DNA from: an uncultured Gammaproteobacteria bacterium
Lineage (GTDB): Bacteria > Patescibacteriota > Patescibacteriia > Magasanikbacterales > GWA2-37-8
DNA length: 64,000 bases
Direction: 5' to 3'
NCBI GenBank assembly: GCA_964634875.1
Contig: CAZWKA010000006.1
Location: forward strand, 12,173 to 76,172
Both the position numbers and the translations under genes were made by a program. Below the pieces are notes generated by a model. It searched no databases, was not told where the DNA came from, and was given only the letters and a program-made list of their open reading frames with translations. Below, in pieces: positions 56,244 through 64,000 of this stretch (the stretch's first letter is position 1; every line of letters starts with the position of its first letter).

Positions 56244-58004
56244 TTAATTTTGTTTTTCGGCTATCGCTAACCACGCTGCTTCAGCAGTTTCCAGTTCACG
56301 AATAACTCGGCTCAGAACTTCATAATCTGCCGCCAAAAATTTTTCAGGCCGTTTTGCTTGGCGAGCAAGTAAACGATCGCGCTCGCTTGTGAGGCGTACC
56401 ACTTCTTTTTCCAATGATTGGCTTCTTTTCTTAAGTTGCTTTAGGGCTTCGTGTTTTTGTCTGGCCATTTCTTTAGTGGGTGCATCTGTATGAGCACTTA
56501 CAGATTCTGGTGAAGCTGGCGCGCTCCCCATTTCAAGCGAATGAATGTAGTTTTCGTAAGCATCAGGATAGCGTCTTATTTTTCCGTCTTTGACCTCGAT
56601 GATACTGGTGGCCAACGAATTTACAAACGTACGATTATGACTGATGAAAAAAACCGTTCCAGCATAATCACTGAGGGCTGTAGCGAGCGCTTCAACAGTT
56701 TCAAAATCAAGATGGTTAGTCGGTTCGTCCAAAATAAGGACATTGCTTTTGGTAAGTAAAAGGCTGGCGAGGCACAGGCGTGCTCGTTCACCGCCGCTGA
56801 GGACGCCAATCTTTTTTTCCAGTGCCGCTTCTCTGAATAAAAAATTTCCAGCCATCTCCAAGACTGTTTCATCCGAGAGGGTGCTCTCTGCATGTGTACG
56901 CAAATAATTCCACACCAGTTCATTGTTCGGTAGTCGGCTCGCAATGTGCTGGGCGTAGTAAGCGCTGGTAGTACCGTGTCCCCAGCGAAAGGTTCCACCG
57001 AGGGGTGGCAGTTCGCCAACTAACGTCTTAAGTAATGTGGTTTTGCCCTGGCCGTTAGCACCAACAATTGCTACTTTTGCACCGCGGTCAATATCAAAGG
57101 TGCTGCCGCTGGCGATAGTTTTTTCCGTGTAGCCGATCGTAAGTTTGTTGCAAGAAAAAGCGACTCCCTTTTTTGCTTCAACTCCGGGAATGGCAATACG
57201 GACGCGGGCGAGCGGATCGGCGATATCTAGTTTTTTTAGTTTTGCCAAGGCTTTAAGTTTTGATTGTGCCTGACTGGCCTTGCTTGCTTTAAACCTAAAG
57301 CGGTCGACAAAGCTTTGCAAATGCTTTTGTTCACGATCAATTTTCTTGTTGTACGCCTCTTTCATCATGATTTGTTCCCGTTTGTAGTCGAAGTACTCAG
57401 TTACATTTCCTGGGTACAAAAGTAATTTTCCGTTTTCAACTTCCAGTGTACTATCACAGGTACGTTCCAAAAATTCGCGGTCGTGCGAAATAATTAAAAA
57501 AGCTCCTGAATATGAAATGAGTGCTTGTTCCAAGAGGAGTTGGGTTTGGACATCAAGATAGTTAGTAGGTTCATCAAGCAAAAAAAGGTTGGGATCCTTG
57601 AGCAGTAATGCAATAAGTTTGATGCGCATCTGGAATCCGCCCGAAAAAGTTTCAATAGGTTGTTCGAGCATTACGGGTGTAAAATCAAAATCAGCACCCC
57701 TTTTGGCGCATTCCCACGGCTGTCTATGCGTAGTTTTTTCAAGGTACGCGATGACTGGCTGGTGTATATCGAGTACATCGTGTTGTTCGATGTAGCCCAG
57801 GCGTGCTCGATCATGGAGTATAACCGAGCCGCTATCCGCTTCCTCTTCTCCAAGCAGTATTTTAAATAAGGTTGATTTTCCAGCACCATTTCGCCCGATA
57901 ACACCAATTTTCTGCCCAGCATTAATTGAAAGTGAGGCTTCTGAAAAAAGCGGTTGTTGAAAATACGATTTAGATACGTTCTTGATTTCAATAAGGGTAG
58001 ACAT
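56244..58004 (-). CDS. ABC-F family ATP-binding protein
   Basis: Two ABC domains (GRNGAGKST/FSGGFQMR and GANGQGKTT/LSGGERAR), LDEPTN twice, no TM segments. Confidence 0.95.
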   Translation of the reverse strand: MSTLIEIKNVSKSYFQQPLFSEASLSINAGQKIGVIGRNGAGKSTLFKILLGEEEADSGSVILHDRARLGYIEQHDVLDIHQPVIAYLEKTTHRQPWECAKRGADFDFTPVMLEQPIETFSGGFQMRIKLIALLLKDPNLFLLDEPTNYLDVQTQLLLEQALISYSGAFLIISHDREFLERTCDSTLEVENGKLLLYPGNVTEYFDYKREQIMMKEAYNKKIDREQKHLQSFVDRFRFKASKASQAQSKLKALAKLKKLDIADPLARVRIAIPGVEAKKGVAFSCNKLTIGYTEKTIASGSTFDIDRGAKVAIVGANGQGKTTLLKTLVGELPPLGGTFRWGHGTTSAYYAQHIASRLPNNELVWNYLRTHAESTLSDETVLEMAGNFLFREAALEKKIGVLSGGERARLCLASLLLTKSNVLILDEPTNHLDFETVEALATALSDYAGTVFFISHNRTFVNSLATSIIEVKDGKIRRYPDAYENYIHSLEMGSAPASPESVSAHTDAPTKEMARQKHEALKQLKKRSQSLEKEVVRLTSERDRLLARQAKRPEKFLAADYEVLSRVIRELETAEAAWLAIAEKQN

Positions 58005-58053
58005 ACAAGCAGCTCTTGAAGGGCAGGGTTCTTTCTTGGTTCAGCTATAATAA

Positions 58054-59277
58054 TTAAGTTTTCTTAAACCGCCAAACTTCGCGCCCCACACGCTGGTTAG
58101 GGCGAGCATACAAAACATGTTCGGCATCTGGAAGTAGCGGAAGTGTGGTAAAACCACATTTTATTATTTCTTTAGTGCAGGCAATACGTAGCCAGGTGCT
58201 TTGAAATTTAAAACAAGGAATGATAAAAACAACTATTGCGCCAGGCTTTACGACTTTGGCGAATGCTTTGAAGGCATTAACATATATTTTTTTGAGTTCT
58301 TGTGTTTGTGCTTCCAACATAGCCCGCGTTTCACTTCCGCGCAAAGGTTTGCCCAAGTACGGTTCAGTGGCGATTGCATCGATTGATTGGGAGGGTAGCT
58401 TGCCAGCTAGCTCATCCGCATCGCTTTGGAAAATTTTTATTTTATTTAGGGTGTCTTTGGCCAAAGTGTCTTCCTGCCACGCGACATTTTTTCTGGTATC
58501 CTCAACCGCCTTGTCTGAAATATCGCTGCCGATTATATTCTTAAATCCGAGGAGCATCGCTTCGGTTAAAATAGTTCCTGATCCGCAAAAAGGGTCGAGC
58601 AGTGTTTGGTTGGTGGTGGCTCCAGTCAGGTTAATAAGCATGAGTGCTAGTTTGGGTGGGAGCATTCCGCTGGTGTCGTCGCGTCCTGGTCGGCCAAAAT
58701 CCCGTTCACCGAGCGCCTCAAATGGTTGTACGGCTAATGTTGTCCCAAGAGCAAAAATTCCGGGCGCTTCTTCATAAATAATAAATTCCCGTCCACGCGT
58801 GGTCAGGTTATTTTTCTCTACCGTTACCGACGAAAGAATGGGTTCACGGCTTTCAACATAACGCGCCGCACTACCTTTTTGTTTTAAAGCCGCCTTTATT
58901 GTTTTGCCCCACCGTTCAAGGGCAAGGAGTGTTTCGGGTGTCTTTTCAATCGGTGTGCCATACCAGCTCAAACCAAATACGGCCTTACCCGCAACGGTTT
59001 CAAGATTGTGGGTAATGGCATCAAGGAGGGCAGTTTCGGAAAGCCCGCGGCCACCTTCGGAGGCAATTTTGACTATGCCGCCGAGCCGTTTGATGAGTTT
59101 CGTTGGAGAAAAGGCTGGTTCGCCAGTAAACTCGGCGCGGAGTACTGGGCCAGCCAGCCCGAGGTGCGCTGCGGGGCAAACACTGGCAATTTCAGCTTGG
59201 GATAATTCGGGATTGCGTCCGAGAATAAACCACCAGACATTAGGGGGTGGAAGATGTGGGGTTGGGGGTCGGGTCAT
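58054..59277 (-). CDS. TRM11-like SAM-dependent RNA methyltransferase
   Basis: GMLPPKLA, LLDPFCGSGT and IATEPYLG motifs; start uncertain. Confidence 0.85.
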   Translation of the reverse strand: MTRPPTPHLPPPNVWWFILGRNPELSQAEIASVCPAAHLGLAGPVLRAEFTGEPAFSPTKLIKRLGGIVKIASEGGRGLSETALLDAITHNLETVAGKAVFGLSWYGTPIEKTPETLLALERWGKTIKAALKQKGSAARYVESREPILSSVTVEKNNLTTRGREFIIYEEAPGIFALGTTLAVQPFEALGERDFGRPGRDDTSGMLPPKLALMLINLTGATTNQTLLDPFCGSGTILTEAMLLGFKNIIGSDISDKAVEDTRKNVAWQEDTLAKDTLNKIKIFQSDADELAGKLPSQSIDAIATEPYLGKPLRGSETRAMLEAQTQELKKIYVNAFKAFAKVVKPGAIVVFIIPCFKFQSTWLRIACTKEIIKCGFTTLPLLPDAEHVLYARPNQRVGREVWRFKKT

Positions 59278-59587
59278 ACAGGATGGGGCTAGAGCTGGTG
59301 TAAACAAAGATATTACGAAGCGAAGTAAAGGGGGTTGGGGTTGCGTTTTTTAAGGCGATTGCTGCTTCAGCTTTCAGGAGTCCGGGCGAATCAATGGCCG
59401 TTATGTTAGGCTCTGCATTCAGCCGGGCAATTTCTCCTTGGTTTTCAATAGTATCAAAGACCTTGTGGTAAATGCAATAAAAGGTGACGATAGTGGCTAC
59501 GGTCAAAATACCTACCACGAGGATACTGGCAATTTTCCATAACGTATAGGGGCGTACCGGGGCAGCGGTTTTTTTAAGGGTTGACAT
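59240..59587 (-). CDS. Single-TM hypothetical protein in the pilus operon
   Basis: N-terminal TM; overlaps the PilO-like gene. Confidence 0.65.
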   Translation of the reverse strand: MSTLKKTAAPVRPYTLWKIASILVVGILTVATIVTFYCIYHKVFDTIENQGEIARLNAEPNITAIDSPGLLKAEAAIALKNATPTPFTSLRNIFVYTSSSPILYDPTPNPTSSTP

Positions 59588-60116
59588 ACAAAGATAAGAC
59601 TAAATGGAGTGATGCATTCGCGACTGGCTGGCTTGGGTTGCTCGACTCGGCTGGAGACAGTGTGATTTGTTCGGGAGTGATAAAGTAAGGCATGCCCTCC
59701 ACATCTGTTAGGTAGCGCATGATTGCGGTGTATGAGCCGTTAACTGTCACCGAGATGCTAGCCTTTTGGTTGTTAACAGCATCAAAATTAGCCGTCTCGA
59801 TTTTTTGGCTCACCTGGTGTTGGGTCGCGATTTTTTCAAGCGCAGTAATGAGGGTTAGTTCGTCGCCGGCTCTAAAAAGATGTTCTGGGTAGACAGCGGT
59901 CGTCGTTTTAAGTGTGCGGATAGTTTGGATAATCTCGCGCAGGTTAATCGGTGTAGTATGTTCTGCGGCCAGTGTTTCGCGTCGCTCGCTACTTTCGCGG
60001 TTAACGGTGGTGATCCGTCGGGTCATAGGGAAAATAACCAAAATAACAACCAAAAGAATTCCGGTTGCAAATAGCCCTAAGGTCAAAAAAATCTTTTTTT
60101 CTAAGCTGAGCTTCAT
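59574..60116 (-). CDS. pilO: Type IV pilus PilO-like protein
   Basis: TM, coiled coil and VNGSYTAIMRYLTDVEGMPYF; follows pilN. Confidence 0.75.
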   Translation of the reverse strand: MKLSLEKKIFLTLGLFATGILLVVILVIFPMTRRITTVNRESSERRETLAAEHTTPINLREIIQTIRTLKTTTAVYPEHLFRAGDELTLITALEKIATQHQVSQKIETANFDAVNNQKASISVTVNGSYTAIMRYLTDVEGMPYFITPEQITLSPAESSNPSQPVANASLHLVLSLYVNP

Positions 60117-60127
60117 ACTGTAGTAAA

Positions 60128-60706
60128 TTATTCGATCTTCGTCGGCTGTTTCGGTGTGGTAGGTGCATCTGGCCGGAGTGGTGGAAAGCCTTGGAGCGTG
60201 GATTTAATCTCAAAAACAACATCGGTTGCTGTGAAAAGTTGGCTCGTGGGGGCGGAACTTTTTTCGATCCAAGGGATGGCGCGCAGAACTTCTTGTAAAC
60301 GCAAGAGGGCGCTTCTGGTTTTTGCTGTGCCGGACAAGGTAAGTGTATTGGCTCGCCGGTCAAAATTAAGGCTGCTCAGTTTAATGTCTCCAGGGATTTG
60401 TTCAATCAGCCCAAGTAGTTTGGGGGTGGTGGTCGTGTAGCCCGTGCTCGCGAGCGCTGTACTCCGGATGAGCCGGTTAATTTCTTTAACATCATTATTG
60501 TAGGCGAGGTATTCAGTATTTGTTACTGCGCCTTGGCTAGTGGTGTTTGACTGGTCAACCAGGGTTAGCCACGCCAAGGCCAAGGCCAGCCCAACAAGCG
60601 TCGAAAACAATAAGACGATTTCTAAAATATTTTTAGTAAATAAAAACTTGACCAACTGTTCAAGCTTGGTGCGTTTGGTGACAGAAAGTAAATTAAGGTG
60701 CAGCAT
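60128..60706 (-). CDS. pilN: Type IV pilus PilN-like protein
   Basis: LNLL motif, TM, IPGDIKLSSL…LTLSGTA. Confidence 0.8.
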   Translation of the reverse strand: MLHLNLLSVTKRTKLEQLVKFLFTKNILEIVLLFSTLVGLALALAWLTLVDQSNTTSQGAVTNTEYLAYNNDVKEINRLIRSTALASTGYTTTTPKLLGLIEQIPGDIKLSSLNFDRRANTLTLSGTAKTRSALLRLQEVLRAIPWIEKSSAPTSQLFTATDVVFEIKSTLQGFPPLRPDAPTTPKQPTKIE

Positions 60707-60714
60707 GCCGGTAA

Positions 60715-61809
60715 TTAATATTCTTCTAAAGGATTGCGGGCTGCCCGGAGTGCAAGTCCGATTGCGGATGCAAAGGTCAGACCGTCGTCATGCTCATAGT
60801 CCTCAACCGGGCGATCAAAAATATTTTTCCACGGATGTCCGAGTGCGGCCGAAACTTTAAGTTCTTTACCCAGTGTCGCCTCTAGGTTTTTGAGGCGGGC
60901 GAGGCCGCCGCAAAGAGTGATGTGGGTTACCGGGTTAGCGCCCGGGAAGTGTTCCGCGTAAAAAACTAAGGCTCGTTGTATTTCGGTAAGTAGGTGACCG
61001 GTAAGCGAGGAAATAACCTTGAGGTATCGTGGATTACGTTTGTCGTAGGTGATGCCAACTTCGTTTTTAAGTTTTTCGGCTGCCTCAGGATCAATCTTCA
61101 GTTCCCGGGCAATTGCATCACGCATCAATTCGCTTGAAAAGGGCAGGCTGGTGCTAAATTGCGGTGTTTCATGATCAAATACCACCAAGTTAGAACGCGT
61201 TGCCCCCAGGTCGATTATAGCACGGGCTTCGCCATCGTAGTCTTTGCTAGCTGTCACCATGCTGCGACAGAGGGCAATAGCCTGAATCTCGAGCGCCAGC
61301 GGTTTAAGCCCCAGGCTTTCAAGCAGATAGGTGTAGGAGTCGGCAATAGTTTTTTGTACGGCACCGATTAGTACTTGGGCGTGCTTTCCTCTGCCGTTTT
61401 CGCTAACTACCTGCCAATCAATATAGGCGTCATCCGCCTCAAAAGGCAGGTGTTTTTTTGCTTGGAATAAAACGTCTTCTGTAGTGAGTTCGGCGCCCGG
61501 TACCGACAGTTCGATGAGTTTTAAAAACGTTTTTGGTTCCGGCAGGTCAGCCACCACCCAAGGGCTGCCAATATCCGGAAAAGTCCCCTCCTTGCCCAGG
61601 AGAAGTGCTAGTTTTTTACGCACCATTTCGGGTTGTTGAATTTCCCCTTCAACAATATACCCTGGTGGTAGCGCTAATTCACGGACATCTTTAATAACAA
61701 AAGAGCCTTGTTTGAGGGTGATTTTGCGTCGTTTTAGTTGCACTAGTTTAATTGAGCGGTCGCCGATATCAAGGCCGAATGCCCCTGTGATCGGATTGTG
61801 GAGAAACAT
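60715..61809 (-). CDS. pilM: Type IV pilus assembly protein PilM
   Basis: GLDIGDRSIKLVQL, IDLGA, LCGGLA and AIGLALR motifs. Confidence 0.93.
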   Translation of the reverse strand: MFLHNPITGAFGLDIGDRSIKLVQLKRRKITLKQGSFVIKDVRELALPPGYIVEGEIQQPEMVRKKLALLLGKEGTFPDIGSPWVVADLPEPKTFLKLIELSVPGAELTTEDVLFQAKKHLPFEADDAYIDWQVVSENGRGKHAQVLIGAVQKTIADSYTYLLESLGLKPLALEIQAIALCRSMVTASKDYDGEARAIIDLGATRSNLVVFDHETPQFSTSLPFSSELMRDAIARELKIDPEAAEKLKNEVGITYDKRNPRYLKVISSLTGHLLTEIQRALVFYAEHFPGANPVTHITLCGGLARLKNLEATLGKELKVSAALGHPWKNIFDRPVEDYEHDDGLTFASAIGLALRAARNPLEEY

Positions 61810-61892
61810 AGTTCATTAAAACATGAAAACACGAGAGCATTAAAACAAGTGGTACAATGTTTTAATGTTTTTATGTTTTTATACTTTCATGA

Positions 61893-63008
61893 TCAAAACG
61901 CTTGAGCTAAGCTATACATCGGCATGATCACTGACACAGCCATACCGGCGACTCCCAGACCCATAACCAAAATGATGACCGGTTCAATAATGGTAGCAAA
62001 ATTTTTCATGGTGGTATCAACTTCATTACCGTAGTAGTCGGCGAGTTCCTTAAGCATTTTTTCAACTTGGCCGGATTCTTCGCCGACACCCAGCATGCCG
62101 GTAACCATCGGGGGGAATAAGTTGGGTTGCTCAAGGAGTATCGTGGATAACGGTTGCCCTTTTTTAAGTCGTTCGGCCGCCTCAAGAAGCGCTGCGCGAT
62201 ATATGACATTGCTTTCGACTTGGGCGGCAATTTTCATGGAATCAACGATCGGCAGGCTGCTTTGGAGCAGTGACGAGAGAGTGAGGGTAAAGCGCGCTAA
62301 GTTGATTTTCTTGATGATCATACCAGCGATGGGAAGGTGCAAGTTTACTCGGTGCACAACATGCTTTACTGAAGGAATCCGAAGGAGCCAGGCGCAGATA
62401 ATTACAAATAAGATAAGGCCGATGCCAAGGAAAATACCATTTTTTTCCATGAATCGGACCAGTGCGATCATGATCCGGGTCGGCAAAGGAAGTTCGCCGC
62501 CAAAGTCGTCAAACATGACAATGATCTTTGGTAAAACGAAGACAACCATCTGGATCGCAATACCGATCATTGCCGTAAAAACAACCGCCGGGTAGATCAG
62601 CGCGCCTTTGATCCGACTGGTCAGTTCGTGACTTTTTTGCATTTGTGTGGTTACTTGACTGAGGGCTTCTTCCATTTTACCAGACGCTTCGCCCGAGGCG
62701 ATCATGCTCACGTAGAGCGGAGGAAAAATAGCGGGGTACTCCGCTAACACCTCGCTGAACTGACGGCCCTTTTCCACTTGAACACCAATTTCCGTAACGA
62801 TTTTTTGGAGCGAGCGTCCATCGACTTGTTGAGCTAAAATTTTGAGCGCGGCCACGATCGAAAGTCCGGCCTTGATCATGATCTCAAGATTATGCACAAA
62901 CAAAATCTTTTGCATCATGGGGACACGAAGCAGGTGGCGACTGACAAAGTCATTCATTTTTTCCTCAAACGGTGATAATTGTCTCTCCTTCTCCTTTTTG
63001 GGAGCCAT
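61893..63008 (-). CDS. pilC: Type IV pilus platform protein PilC/GspF
   Basis: Two T2SSF repeats (GEASG, ALIYP, GEESG, IEPVII). Confidence 0.93.
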   Translation of the reverse strand: MAPKKEKERQLSPFEEKMNDFVSRHLLRVPMMQKILFVHNLEIMIKAGLSIVAALKILAQQVDGRSLQKIVTEIGVQVEKGRQFSEVLAEYPAIFPPLYVSMIASGEASGKMEEALSQVTTQMQKSHELTSRIKGALIYPAVVFTAMIGIAIQMVVFVLPKIIVMFDDFGGELPLPTRIMIALVRFMEKNGIFLGIGLILFVIICAWLLRIPSVKHVVHRVNLHLPIAGMIIKKINLARFTLTLSSLLQSSLPIVDSMKIAAQVESNVIYRAALLEAAERLKKGQPLSTILLEQPNLFPPMVTGMLGVGEESGQVEKMLKELADYYGNEVDTTMKNFATIIEPVIILVMGLGVAGMAVSVIMPMYSLAQAF

Positions 63009-63046
63009 AGGTTAAGGGTTTCTGCTCTTACGCTTTGTAAGGGTAA

Positions 63047-64000
63047 TTATTCTTTGGTAACACGCAATATTTCGCTGATTGTGGTAGTGCCCATCTTTGC
63101 CTTAATAAGTCCGTCTTCGAGCATAGTTAACATGCCGTGCGTCCGGGCAAATTGTTTGATCTGGTTGGCATCAGCATTTTCAGTGATTTTTTTACTTAAT
63201 TCATCAGTCACTTCCAGGATCTCGTAGATACCCATACGCCCTTTATATCCGGTGTCACCGCAGCGACGGCACCCTGCGCCTTGAAAAAAAGTCATTTTTT
63301 CAAGATGCTTTTCCGCCGTTGTCAGTTTGACATGCTTACTCAGCAAGGGAAAAACTTTTTTTAAGTCAAACATACGCCCTAGCTCGGTGATGGTATCTTT
63401 TTCCAAATGATATTCCTTGCGGCAAAAGGTGCAGATTTTTCTGACTAAACGCTGGGCAACAATGATGTTCGCTGTGTAAGCCACCAAAAACGGTGGGACA
63501 CCCATATCAATTAAGCGGGGCAGTGTTGTTGGAGCGTCATTTGTGTGCAAGGTTGAGAGCACCAAGTGTCCGGTCATGGCAGCATTAATGGCAATTTCAG
63601 CCGTTTCTTGGTCACGGATCTCACCAACCATAATAATGTTGGGGTCTTGGCGTAGCAGTGCACGTAAGCCGCCAGCAAAGGTAAAGCCTGCTTTAGGGTT
63701 AACTTGGCTCTGGTTAACCCCGGCGACTCGGTATTCGATCGGGTCTTCAACTGTTGAAATATTAACCCCTGGTTGGTTCAAAATGCCTAGTACCGAATAA
63801 AGTGTGGTTGTCTTGCCGCTTCCGGTTGGACCTGTTACTAAAATCATCCCGTGGGGCTTTTTAATAGCCGCTTCAACGATGGCGCGCTGTTCGTCCAAAA
63901 AGCCTAATTGGTCGAGGCTGAGTGGTTTGGTGCCTTCGTGGAGTAAGCGCATAACGACTTTTTCGCCGTCATATACCGGCAAGATCGAGACGCGGAAGGC
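63047..64000 (-). CDS. pilB: Type IV pilus assembly ATPase PilB/GspE (5' part outside the window)
   Basis: TGPTGSGKTT, LRQDPNIIMVGEIRD, TGHLVLSTLHTN and a tetracysteine motif. Confidence 0.93.
   Translation of the reverse strand, partial: AFRVSILPVYDGEKVVMRLLHEGTKPLSLDQLGFLDEQRAIVEAAIKKPHGMILVTGPTGSGKTTTLYSVLGILNQPGVNISTVEDPIEYRVAGVNQSQVNPKAGFTFAGGLRALLRQDPNIIMVGEIRDQETAEIAINAAMTGHLVLSTLHTNDAPTTLPRLIDMGVPPFLVAYTANIIVAQRLVRKICTFCRKEYHLEKDTITELGRMFDLKKVFPLLSKHVKLTTAEKHLEKMTFFQGAGCRRCGDTGYKGRMGIYEILEVTDELSKKITENADANQIKQFARTHGMLTMLEDGLIKAKMGTTTISEILRVTKE

Overview
Origin-proximal 64 kb of a bacterial chromosome. Gene content and style (dnaN-dnaA / rpmH-rnpA-yidD, H+-PPase, several TrmB-like regulators, a type IV pilus pilBCMNO block, giant Ser/Thr-rich surface proteins, core genes without Shine-Dalgarno sites) point to Patescibacteria/CPR; the taxonomy is inferred. 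There are four tRNAs (Cys-GCA, Arg-CCT, Ala-CGC, Ala-GGC) and no CRISPR array, rRNA, integrase or transposase. The most striking structure is a second class of about 18 short, visibly GC-richer genes scattered between the core genes: 7 lipobox proteins, other secreted orphans and a yjjX-prs-apt operon. Unlike the core genes, they carry strong SD sequences, often a boxA-like motif just before the SD, and a 3' GC hairpin, in four cases preceded by a C8-C10 tract. Other points of note are a parS/DnaA-box/long-palindrome cluster at about 32 kb, far from dnaA; two paralogous tail-fibre-like adhesins, each with two autocleaving chaperone domains; a large protein with a C-terminal HicA domain and no adjacent HicB; and several candidate structured RNAs. 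All calls come from reading the sequence by eye; no searches were run.
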